The notes beneath the pieces were generated by a model that saw only the letters and a list, made by a program, of their open reading frames with translations, made no database searches and was not told the origin of the DNA. DNA of 64,000 nucleotides, taken from assembly GCA_036172245.1 (NCBI GenBank), contig JAYWIR010000059.1, forward strand, positions 310,001-374,000, read 5' to 3'. Below are positions 56,201 through 64,000 of the stretch, one piece after another. Position 1 is the stretch's first letter, and every line of letters begins with the position of its first letter. The DNA comes from Raillietiella orientalis (lineage: Eukaryota). A program made the translations under genes and the position numbers.

Positions 56201-59200
56201 TTATAGCATCCTTGTTTGCAGTGCTGTCAGCAAATCCCATCAAAACGTGAATCATCACAAGGAGGAATCTGCGAAACCCGTCGTCTCATCACAGCACGAG
56301 CAAATTTAGACGTTCTACGATTTGAATTGCGTTTCCAAGGCAGGTTTCTGAGCTGAAGGCTTCCTTATATCGTTTCGTCATCTATCCTGACTTTCATCAT
56401 TCCTGCCTTATCTCTTTTCTCGTCCAGCAAGCAGTGTGTCGGTTTAAGAACAAACCAGGTTTTTAAAAACATGCACTGCAGTGATTCATGTTTGCTTGTT
56501 TCCACTTGCAAATCGAATCAGCTACCACTCAATCCTGCAAACGTCTCAACTGCAGGAACTTTTCTCATGGACACACCAATACCAATGAAAGTGCAGCCAC
56601 TGGAGTGAAGCTTTCCATGTACTCTTCGTAACTTATTCAAGGTTGATGCTGCTGTCCAGAAGATGACAAGGAAGCAGACGTGCTTGTTCCAAGCACTTGT
56701 TGCTCTCCACATTTTCGGTTTTTAATTCCTGTCGATGCCATATGGTTATAGAATACAGTGTGACCAGTAAAAGGGAAAACACTAGTGTAATGGGGCACAT
56801 ATTTAAAAGCTTTCTCAATTGAGTTTTCACTTGAAAGCATGCAGATTTTCAAAGTGGTCTCAGTGGATTTTTAGCAGCATGTCTTAAATCTTGCTATGAA
56901 TTTCCAAATTTGCAAACAGTGCAGAATGGAGTGGTCCTTGTTTTCCTTAGTTGCTCTTCGCTCTTTCTCACTACTCTACAGAACCGATCTCCAGATGGCT
57001 CCACAGCTTTAGTCATGTTAGGCATCTCTTGGTATATGAGTGAATAAACCATACAGCTCATTGAATTGTTCTCAAGAAACAGCAGGAGGAAAACAGATCC
57101 TTAGTGACAAAGAAAACGATTTGCACATCCCGTTTCTATGTAATCTCAAGCTGATCATTACAGTTCAGAGAAATGAGCATCAGTGGAAAAAAAAAAAAAA
57201 GCCGCTGTAATTCAGCAGTGTAAAAATCAGCACCAGCTTTCAGAAAAGAGATTGGCTAATTTAAGCCACTTGTGGGAGAATTTATTCGGATTTATTCAAA
57301 AGCAATCTACTTTTGCATCTGAGTGAGTACGTCATACTGCAATTAATCTTCCACGAAAAGAAAAGATGCTTCACAAGAATAGAGAAGCACAAGCCGAACG
57401 TAGATGATTACAGCATATAAATGCAACTGAAGTGAGAGATCGAACCCTCAGAAACTGCTCGAAAAATCCGAAAACTTTTCAGTCATTTGGAACTGCACTA
57501 CTCTGCGGTCATTCCAGAGAACAGCCATAACTCTGATGGATACCATTTCCCACAGCTCTCATGACCACCAATTGGAATAGAGTTATCTGAATGGACTCTT
57601 GCGGAGATTCGCTGAAGACTATCAACAGCAGCAGCTGCAGACCATTTGTTGATGAGAAAGATATGCGTGCAAGGCATCGACTTTATCGCCCTTAAGGGAG
57701 TTTCGACTATAGAAATTTCAATTCCAGGAAAGGTTTCTCTTTAGTTCCTAAACGGAACCCAGATAACAAGTATCCATACTCCTATGCATTTGTAGGACGT
57801 GGTATTGAATTTTTGTGAAAAGGGGCTTTGGAAGACTTTTCCGTGGACACAGTAGAGGGCTCCCTGCTTTGTGACTCATTCGTTAAATACCTCAAGGACG
57901 TCATGTCTCTCCCTTAAAATGTGACATTTTCCTTTCATGGGTTTTGGTGAGAGCTTTGAACTGGAGTTATTTCGATATGATCACGTGCTTCTTTCGCACG
58001 GATGCTTTCTAAATCTGGAAACTCGTGTTACGTTCCTGTTTGGATTTTGATGTTTCCTCGAATCATCAGCTCCGTGTCCTTCATTTATTCGCACACTTCG
58101 AGAGCCGTGATACTATGAAGCTGCTTCCAAAGATTAAAGCCATCCAGGAGATTGTTCGCTGTTGCTATTAACGATCTCTAAATGCTCCTGGATAAAAGCT
58201 AATTTTTCCAATTATGTTTGGGGGACAGGAGAGGCAGGACTCGAGTGCTTTAGTTTGTTGAAATGTAAACTAAGATTTCAAGAAGTAAACAAAATTCAGG
58301 ACGACAAACTCTACAGAAAAAAAGGGTAGTTCTGATCCTTAAAGTGACGAGGAATCTTTAGGCCTGAAATTTCCCGACAAGAAATATTGCATCCTAGGAA
58401 TTGTGGTTCAACCTAGTCAGTATTCTTTGAATACAACCAGTAGTAAAACATATTTTCAGTAAAGGAGAGGTTGACTTTATGTTCGTTCTTTTTGTGAGAG
58501 AAAATAATGAATGGAAATTTGTCGCTTTTTTATTTCTTAAAGCACTTAATCACGGGAAAAGAGAGTAACTGTTCAGTCAGAAGCATCGAGAATCGCACAA
58601 TTACTGCCTCAATCGGTGTTTCCAGGAACGAGTTCAAAAAATGCTCTAATCTGGAAAAATCAATAAAAGAATTGTTCAATGAAGTTTCTTAAATTGCATG
58701 TGCTTTGCGATGCTCCTAAGTGTGGAGTTTCATTCATAAGATTCCAGTTACCAATCATCTCATTTGTCTTACTCAGGTCTCAGGGAGGCAGACTTCATCT
58801 CGTACCTAATTACGGGAAAATACCTTTGGCCAATGTCACGCTAATTGAAGAACCAAACGAAAGTAATATTCAGGATGAAGACAGAGGTGAGATTTCGAAT
58901 GCTTTGTTTGCGGATTTTCCCTGGTGGTTGAACATCTTGCAACTTTCGGCTTGTCGCCATTTTGGACTGAGTGCACTCTTTCTGAAACAGACGAACCCCG
59001 TAGCACCAAACATAAGAACGATAGGATTTCTCAGAATTTTGGAGATAAAAAAAAGTAAAAAGAAAACGAAAACAACTTAAAGCATCAGTTGATCATTCTT
59101 TTTCATATGGATGATTCAGTGGGGCAGTTTAATTTGGATGACGAACCATGCTATCAAGATTTCAAAAGATTATGACGGTGAAGACCATGAGGGTATATTA

Positions 59201-62200
59201 GTGTGACCAAACGAAATCCCCTTTATGAATAATGTGAATACATTTAATGGAGGTTGATGTAGAAAAATAGGAAACACGCGAAAGTTTCCTCCGATACATT
59301 TGTTTGCTGGCTTTGTCCCTAATTTGCTGAAAATTTGAATTTTCAGTAGTTACGTTCTTTTTTCTCTCATTAAAGTGATGGCTAATTATGATGCTGCTGT
59401 GATTAAACAGTGAACATGCACTGTCAAGTGATGTATGTTTATTCGTCGTTAACCTCGCTGCTTACTTTTCAATTTATACATCGTCATTATGCTCTGCTTG
59501 AATTCTACCAGGAGTCTGAATGTGCTGAAATGTTCCCACATTCCTTAAAGAAGAGATATAAAAAAAAGCTGTAATCCTATATTTAAATGAACTCTTTTCA
59601 TTTTTAAAATCTGTTTCATTTTGAAAAATCACCTCCGTTCCTCCCACTGTTTAATTTTTTGTCAAACAAAATCTCCACAGTGATCACAGTTCACAGTGCT
59701 CCCGTGTCTTCTAGATCCTAAGACTGCAGATACCAGGAATTTTTTGTACAGCAATAGCTTGGAAAAGTGTTTGAGACAAAAATGCCAATAAATCACCGTT
59801 TCCATGTTAACTAAAATTCGGGAAAGCTGCGCTCGATAAAAGTGGACTCGTATTTTTGACGTGCAGCCTGGGAATTGCCTTTGCGACATGGTTGCCTAGA
59901 GAAAACATTCATCATACTTATCAGTTCTATAACCAATCCAATTTATGTTCTTCTGTCCTCAAGAGGATTCTTTCATTGTATTACAGAGTGCATCTTTCAA
60001 CAGGCCTTTTGATCTTCCGAATTTGCATCTCGGAGAAGGCTTATCGCAAGCATTTCTGTTTCTTCCTTCATGGATCACCCTAGGGTTATCATGTAGTTCT
60101 CAGTTGCATTATCTATTTATTTTTTTTTCCTGCGATCATATTTACTCAGAGTGCTCGTCCTGTCAAACTTGAAGTTTTTGATCTAGGTACTCTTGTCAAC
60201 TTCTTCACTTCATGGAACCTACCTTTTCCTACTGTCAATTTTCACGCCTGCTAACTTCGCAAGACTGTTCTCCCCAACTTCACTCCCTAACCCATTTGCA
60301 TTCTTTTCGAAAAATTTCACCATGAGCAATTTGAGAGCATCTTCAGAGGACAGCAGGGATGGCTGCATGAACCGTTGTCCCAAAATCTCTTATTTATCAG
60401 CGCAGGATTTTGACTCCTTTCGGACTCCTTTCGTCTCCATGGTTTTCGCAGAATTTTTCTTAATTTTTACTTTTTATCGTCGCGCGAGACGCCACCGTTA
60501 AAAATCTGCCTCGCGTGTTTTCACATCAGCAAATGGGTTCACATTTTCTGCGCAGTTTGAATGCCATAATGTGCCTCTTGCTTATAATGCTTCGGAAGGA
60601 GACATCTGAAAACTTGCCACATTTCTTGCCGAGCTGCTCGGATCGTGCCCTTGCCTTGACTTGGCTTACGAGGTTGTGTACAATTCGATTCTCATGGATC
60701 CCAAGACCTTGTTCTTCCAGCAGTTTTATCACACCATGCTCAAGCGCCAACCTTTTTGAATGTTGAAAGACGGATGAGACAAATTGCCCTCGAGCGAAAA
60801 GTTGAAGCTTCCATGTCCGGTTTCCTTTTTGAAGCTGTGACACAGCGTTCTTAAAGAAATATTCACGTAGCTACCAGAAGCAGATATGTTTCCAATAGGT
60901 TAAGGATTGGGATTCAAGGTACACTTCTTAGCAGGAATGTTGGCTTGTGCAGCAGTCAAACTTTAGGAATGGCTGTATACGTGTGAAGGATCGCACGAAT
61001 AAGTGGATAGTGGACAAGTGATCACACACGATTCTTAGAAGTCAGGAAGAAAATATTGGTTGAAAATTCAACAGTGGCAAACGCACTGGCGCCTCTGATT
61101 TGAGGCAAAAACTGAAAAGACGAAAAGACCTTTGAGCAAAATGAATTCAGATCGGGAGGACAATAAATAAAGAGTTCAGCGTTGGTAGGCACCCTGCCAA
61201 TTCTTTTTTTCAAAAGACAAAAGAAATCAATGAAATCCCTGTGGGAAAAATCCTCAGAAGTCGGCTAAGAGGTTGAGTATGAGAAAAGTTCCAGGCTGCT
61301 AGCTTGCAAACAACTTATTTCTTCTGATGACCAAAGAGTTATGATGCGGTATTTGCTTCGAGAAATGAATGAGGAATCGAAGGACGCAGACATCGAGAAG
61401 ATGTGATCCGGTGAGGCCAGACCAAAGAGCTCAAAGGACACAGCAACCATCAGCTGTCGCCCCTAAAAGGCAAAACTCTTCCTCCATTTGATCCACTGTG
61501 CAAGAGCTAGTGAAAGAGGAATAACTGGATTGACGGAGATCGTCGGTCTACAAGTTTCTGTGAGTTTGGAAGTTCCCGCATGCCGTGGGAGTGATAAGAA
61601 GGTTCTCTTACGACTGAAGAACGAGAGGAAAGCTTTAGATGAGGTATGTTGGTCCACGCACAAGACAACCCTTGAGAAAATTGAGCTGTGGATGCAAGGG
61701 CACACTCTATTCTAGACAACTGACACATTGGGAGGCTCAGGACTCGTTTATCAACTACTCATTTCTTTCTTTCTTTTTTTAAAGAGAAAGGCCAGTGGCA
61801 ATTTCACTGGGAGATCGTTACTATTGGCCTAAGATGATGGCAATCCTTTTGGGTTCCTCTGTTTTCGCTGCTTTCCTCCCAATCTCTTTTTTTGGTTCTC
61901 AAGGAGTGCTGAAGAACCGTCCGCCTCTTTAGGGAAAGGTTCACAAAGTTCTTTAAACGCCGTCTGAGCCACCCGAGGGTGCGTTTAACTTCAGTTAGGG
62001 GGCAACCTCGCAAGGACCACCCTATGAATACAGGAAGACTCCGGAAGGAGTCTGTTCCACTTGAGCTTGATAGGGAGCGTCGAAGGGAACCTCTTCTTTC
62101 TTCTCTCCGGAGGGATCCCTCGGAGGAGGGTCACTGCTCATTTCTTCTCCGAAGGGCACCCGCAAGGAACCGCTCCATGTTGGTGCTCTGAAGAAAACCC

Positions 62201-63679
62201 CGAGGGGACCCAGTTTCTATAAAGGAATCTCCGCTCTCCGAAGGGAGCAGCTCGCTTCTGAAACCCTGGAGCTGGTTGATAACCTGGGCGTTTCAAAGGG
62301 ATGGTAGCAACCATCTCCATGGTACGCGATGTATGGGTCCATCTTCACAACAGGAGGGGAATGCTGAAGCCTCCTCAATTCCTGGAAGGACCCCGGAGGA
62401 TCAGATTCCAATCCCAGCTGGTCAGTGAGGGCATCCGATTTCCGGCTCCCACCTGTACCGCACCTGGAGGGCGTGGGCTAGTCAGAGTCATCCTGCGGAG
62501 GGGACTCGAGACCCACCACGCGCCCATGTCTCGGGAGATTCGACACCCCGCGACGCGTGGTGCCACGCGCGGAGACCGCAGCCACGCCCGCTAACGCGAG
62601 CTATTCCTTTGCAACAGCGCAGAGGATGAATCCAGTAATCTGGAGATGGACGAAAGTTCTAAAGGAATTTCGAGAGGTTGATGATGCTAACAAGTTTTGG
62701 GCTCCCCGAAGAGGAACGGAACCACTTCGTTGCATGGACTGGGAACATGCTTGGAATTTCTTCTGGTAGAATTCACGAGATCATCACAAGTGAAGAAGCA
62801 CTCGCCAAACAACGGCGAAATGGTTGTCGGAAAACAGATGCAGGAAAGCCATTCTTCCACGACATAGCGAAACCTGGGAAGAGTTGGCCTCTGTTGCAGC
62901 AAGTGCACAACGCAAAGGCAGGATTCCTGCACTGGACCGGAGGACGTTTCCAAAAGTTTTTCAAAAATCGAATCATTCCGGTTCTCTTGGATTTGCTCTC
63001 TTCTTCCCAAGTATTCTCCTCATGCATGATGTTTTCGAAGCTGCATTTTTCCTACATCTGCTTTCTGTTCATCCCTTTTTTGTGCTTCATGAAACACGAC
63101 TTTCTTCACAGCTAGAGATCCAATTGCCGTTTTTTTTTTTTTTGGAAATTCTTTTCAAGATTGCCATTTGCCCGATAGAATGGCATCACCCCCTTTTGTT
63201 CCTAAGAAATTCTCAGCCACCCAGTTTTCGGACCAATGATTTTTTTCCCTTCCCAGTTTCAAGATGAAAAATGAGTCAGTGTTTCTTGCAGAATCTCTGT
63301 CCTCTACATCGAGTCAGTCGAGTGAAGGAAGCGTCGCCACATCTTCAGGAACTTCACTTCAAAGGGATCATCAGAATCTAGATTTCAAGCTCCTGGTTGA
63401 CCTGAACAATGGGTCAATCCACTCCGTTCACTTGGTAGCCATCAATATGCAGGAGAAGCAAGCCTGGATCAGTGACATCATTCAGGTAACTCGATTGTCA
63501 GTCCTCGGAGTTGACCATTTCCTCTCCAGTGCGTGGATAACATACAGTTTTACTCTCTGCTACATCGCAACTCTGGTGAATTTTCAGCTGTGGCTCTTCC
63601 TCATTCGGTTCGCAATGATCCAAAGCTCTTCAAAGATGACGTTGACATTCGCTTCAGCAAAACACTCAATTCATGCAAG
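1961..63679 (+). CDS. RASGRF: RasGRF-family Ras/Rac guanine nucleotide exchange factor, multi-exon, 3'-partial (12 coding exons, 661 codons in window: PH1-CC-IQ-DH-PH2-start of REM region)
   Basis: The spliced exon chain is one uninterrupted frame with GT-AG junctions and matching phases (0,2,0,2,1,0,0,1,2,1,0). Motifs match vertebrate RASGRF1/2 as I recall them: [108 protein letters not shown]. Confidence 0.97.
7031..7137 (+). CDS. RASGRF: RasGRF coding exon 2 (C-terminal part of PH1)
   Basis: Acceptor cccgtttc[37 protein letters not shown](S) includes the terminal PH helix Trp; donor GTAAGG at 7138; phase 0 to 2. Not in the ORF track. Confidence 0.93.
10495..10700 (-). pseudogene. Possible LINE RT relic
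   Basis: [26 protein letters not shown] resembles the iNG...RGVRQG RT motif; a weak YADD-like remnant lies near 10500-10515. Confidence 0.4.
16193..16631. mobile_element. Terminal fragment of a Tigger/pogo-like DNA transposon or MITE
   Basis: Ends ...GAGATCCACTG|TA, i.e. TA followed by CAGTGGATCTC on the other strand. Subterminal direct repeat CGCGTTATACGAGTCC at 16193-16208 and 16594-16609, variant at 16562-16573; AT-rich interior. Confidence 0.6.
16840..16866 (+). repeat. (GAA)9 microsatellite
   Basis: Nine perfect GAA units. Confidence 0.95.
19340..19640 (-). pseudogene. Possible Tc1/mariner-superfamily transposase relic
   Basis: Frameshifted SVM/WACI (cf. SVMVWGC) followed by QQ/GAPP (cf. 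QQDGAPPH) in the expected order on the - strand. Confidence 0.4.
22851..22998 (+). CDS. RASGRF: RasGRF coding exon 3 (coiled coil)
   Basis: Acceptor gcatttcc[51 protein letters not shown]; donor GTGAGT; phase 2 to 0. Confidence 0.94.
23106..23137 (+). repeat. 16-bp tandem duplication
   Basis: ACTTTTTACTTTGACC twice. Confidence 0.9.
26200..26480 (-). pseudogene. Possible piggyBac-like transposase relic
   Basis: [15 protein letters not shown] (cf. MSRxRFxxxxxxLRF), LLRP and ESIDESLM (cf. SIDExM) in the expected order across frames. Confidence 0.35.
26933..27138 (+). CDS. RASGRF: RasGRF coding exon 4 (IQ calmodulin-binding motif)
   Basis: Acceptor ttttgttgttta[10 protein letters not shown]...[41 protein letters not shown]; donor GTTGGT; phase 0 to 2. 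Confidence 0.93.
30529..30850 (+). pseudogene. Decayed pogo/Tigger DDE_1 transposase catalytic region
   Basis: Ordered frameshifted motifs YSGEDL/NTDEHGL (cf. NxDETGL), [15 protein letters not shown] (cf. CxNAxGEKL), [21 protein letters not shown] (cf. LLxxDN) and PPN. Confidence 0.7.
34440..34669 (+). CDS. RASGRF: RasGRF coding exon 5 (DH/RhoGEF domain, N-terminal part)
   Basis: Acceptor tttgttt[78 protein letters not shown]; donor GTAAGT; phase 2 to 1. Confidence 0.95.
35167..35217 (+). repeat. 12-bp tandem repeat CATGTGATAGCT, about 4 units
   Basis: Three exact units and one degenerate unit are visible. Confidence 0.9.
42009..42215 (+). repeat. ~200-nt diverged direct repeat, copy A
   Basis: Shares GACTCAAAGCAA, CATCTCCTGACTG, AGTTGTCG-like, CATATTTGATAAA, TATTAAATAAAGG, an A-run, TTGCTGTT and CCGGGTT with 43939-44136. 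Confidence 0.85.
42461..42657 (+). CDS. RASGRF: RasGRF coding exon 6 (DH domain)
   Basis: Acceptor aatgtttc[29 protein letters not shown]...[11 protein letters not shown]; donor GTAAGG; phase 1 to 0. Confidence 0.96.
43939..44136 (+). repeat. ~200-nt diverged direct repeat, copy B
   Basis: Colinear with 42009-42215. Confidence 0.85.
44791..44829. repeat. Perfect 17-bp inverted repeat, 5-nt loop
   Basis: CTCTGAAAAATGCTACG-cagga-CGTAGCATTTTTCAGAG. Confidence 0.95.
46290..46415 (+). CDS. RASGRF: RasGRF coding exon 7 (DH domain)
   Basis: Acceptor tattttt[44 protein letters not shown]; donor GTAAGC; phase 0 to 0. Confidence 0.95.
46640..46860 (-). pseudogene. Possible LTR-retrotransposon RT C-terminal relic
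   Basis: [13 protein letters not shown]...LQCLGHEV resembles RLxxxGLxLxxxKC...YLGHxV; no intact YxDD seen. Confidence 0.25.
48297..48399 (+). CDS. RASGRF: RasGRF coding exon 8 (DH end / linker to PH2)
   Basis: Acceptor tctttc[36 protein letters not shown]; donor GTTGGT; phase 0 to 1. Confidence 0.95.
49965..50670 (+). pseudogene. Decayed non-LTR (LINE) reverse transcriptase fragment
   Basis: Ordered degenerate RT motifs: LDGVPSF (cf. GxDGxPxEF), VSLV*KKG, KPIRL (cf. RPISL), [16 protein letters not shown]...RS...LLVAYFEK...INH (cf. QxGF...DxEKAFDxVxH), GVR. Confidence 0.55.
51361..51484 (+). CDS. RASGRF: RasGRF coding exon 9 (PH2 domain)
   Basis: Acceptor ttgctttcAG; (G)[40 protein letters not shown](R); donor GTAAGA; phase 1 to 2. 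Confidence 0.93.
53368..54068 (+). mobile_element. tRNA-derived SINE-like element, ~700 nt, copy 1
   Basis: A box TGGCTGCGGTGG at 53390-53401, B box GGTTCGAATCC at 53436-53446, A-tail at 54059-54068. Target-site-duplication-like flanks AAAGCACGCAGATC (53354-53367) and AAAGCACTCAGATC (54066-54079). A colinear homolog lies at 61887-62602 on the - strand. Confidence 0.85.
54952..55395 (+). mobile_element. pogo/Tigger-type DNA transposon 5' fragment with degenerate transposase N-terminus (CENP-B-like HTH domains)
   Basis: TA followed by TIR-like CACCTATCCCCCCATTTACGCGG and subterminal TACGCGG repeats. Frameshifted translation from ~55123: [51 protein letters not shown]...[27 protein letters not shown]. 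Confidence 0.85.
58777..58886 (+). CDS. RASGRF: RasGRF coding exon 10 (PH2 domain)
   Basis: Acceptor ttgtcttactc[38 protein letters not shown]; donor GTGAGA; phase 2 to 1. Confidence 0.92.
61887..62602 (-). mobile_element. tRNA-derived SINE-like element, copy 2 (inverted, diverged)
   Basis: The reverse complement shares ordered blocks with copy 1: GTGGCTGCGG, CCCGAGACA, GCCCACGC, GTTGTGAAGATGGA, CGTACCATGGAG, TCAGAAGCG, CACCAACA, CTTGCGGGT, AGAAATGAGCAG, GAAGAGGTTCCCTTCG, CCTCGGGTG and terminal GAACCAAA plus A-run. Pol III boxes are degraded. Confidence 0.85.
62610..62850 (+). pseudogene. Decayed mariner-type transposase N-terminal (HTH) fragment
   Basis: [17 protein letters not shown] (cf. 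RWxxxFxxGxxxxxD), [12 protein letters not shown] and AKWLS (cf. RWVP), in order across frameshifts. Confidence 0.5.
63292..63485 (+). CDS. RASGRF: RasGRF coding exon 11 (Ser-rich loop and end of PH2)
   Basis: Acceptor gtttcttgc[15 protein letters not shown]...[36 protein letters not shown]; donor GTAACT; phase 1 to 0. Confidence 0.92.
63530..63679 (+). CDS. RASGRF: RasGRF coding exon 12 (linker into REM domain)
   Basis: Acceptor tttcctctcc[13 protein letters not shown]...[21 protein letters not shown]; donor GTAGGA; phase 0 to 0. Confidence 0.94.
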
Positions 63680-64000
63680 GTAGGAGTCTCCAACGCGTCC
63701 GCTTCCCGTTCCTGCTGCCGTTACTGGTGGCAGCTCCTTGTTTGCCTCGAAGTTTTCATCCCATCCATACAGCTTATTTAGCTAATCTTTGATTTAATTA
63801 TGGACTGCTTAGCAACGGTACATGACATGCTATCTTTATCGAAGAAACCCTTTATTTATGGTACATTATCATTGTTGATTATGTAGTTATTGGATAGTAT
63901 GAGTGAAAAATTGAGTTAATTTTTTATTTTCAAAATAAATAATTCAACCGAAAGCATCCATTCGCCCTAAAGCAAAATGAATAGGAGCATCGGAGCATCG

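Noticed and set aside
56035..56250. Candidate exon containing GSLEL (cf. GSLIQ)
   Set aside because: The true PH2 start exon is 51361-51484, which has the RQCFLF motif and correct phases.
63241..63256. Strong-looking alternative acceptor upstream of exon 11
   Set aside because: It adds 35 nt, shifts the frame and meets an immediate TGA. The similar AGs at 34452 and 42425 are also out of frame.
59..63781. The large majority of six-frame ORFs of 60-166 aa
   Set aside because: They are intronic, low-complexity or biased translations with no recognisable domains. Only those overlapping RasGRF exons or transposon relics are meaningful.

Overview
This is eukaryotic (animal) genomic DNA, not prokaryotic. 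The window is spanned on the + strand by the 5' part of a RasGRF (Ras guanine-nucleotide-releasing factor) gene. Twelve coding exons assemble by hand with GT-AG junctions and consistent phases: 1961-2248, 7031-7137, 22851-22998, 26933-27138, 34440-34669, 42461-42657, 46290-46415, 48297-48399, 51361-51484, 58777-58886, 63292-63485 and 63530-63679. Together they give 1983 nt (661 codons) encoding PH1, coiled coil, IQ, DH, PH2 and the approach to REM; the gene runs off the right edge. Almost all ORFs in the supplied track are spurious intronic ORFs. The introns carry decayed transposon relics (pogo/Tigger, mariner/Tc1, LINE RT, possibly piggyBac and LTR RT), short inverted repeats, and two diverged inverted copies of a ~700-nt tRNA-headed SINE-like element rich in C(UUCG)G hairpins that bracket coding exon 10. 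That element is the most unusual thing I can support. Frequent TTTCAG acceptors and a 44-nt intron hint at a nematode-like host, but this is inference. All homology statements come from recalled motifs, not from searches.
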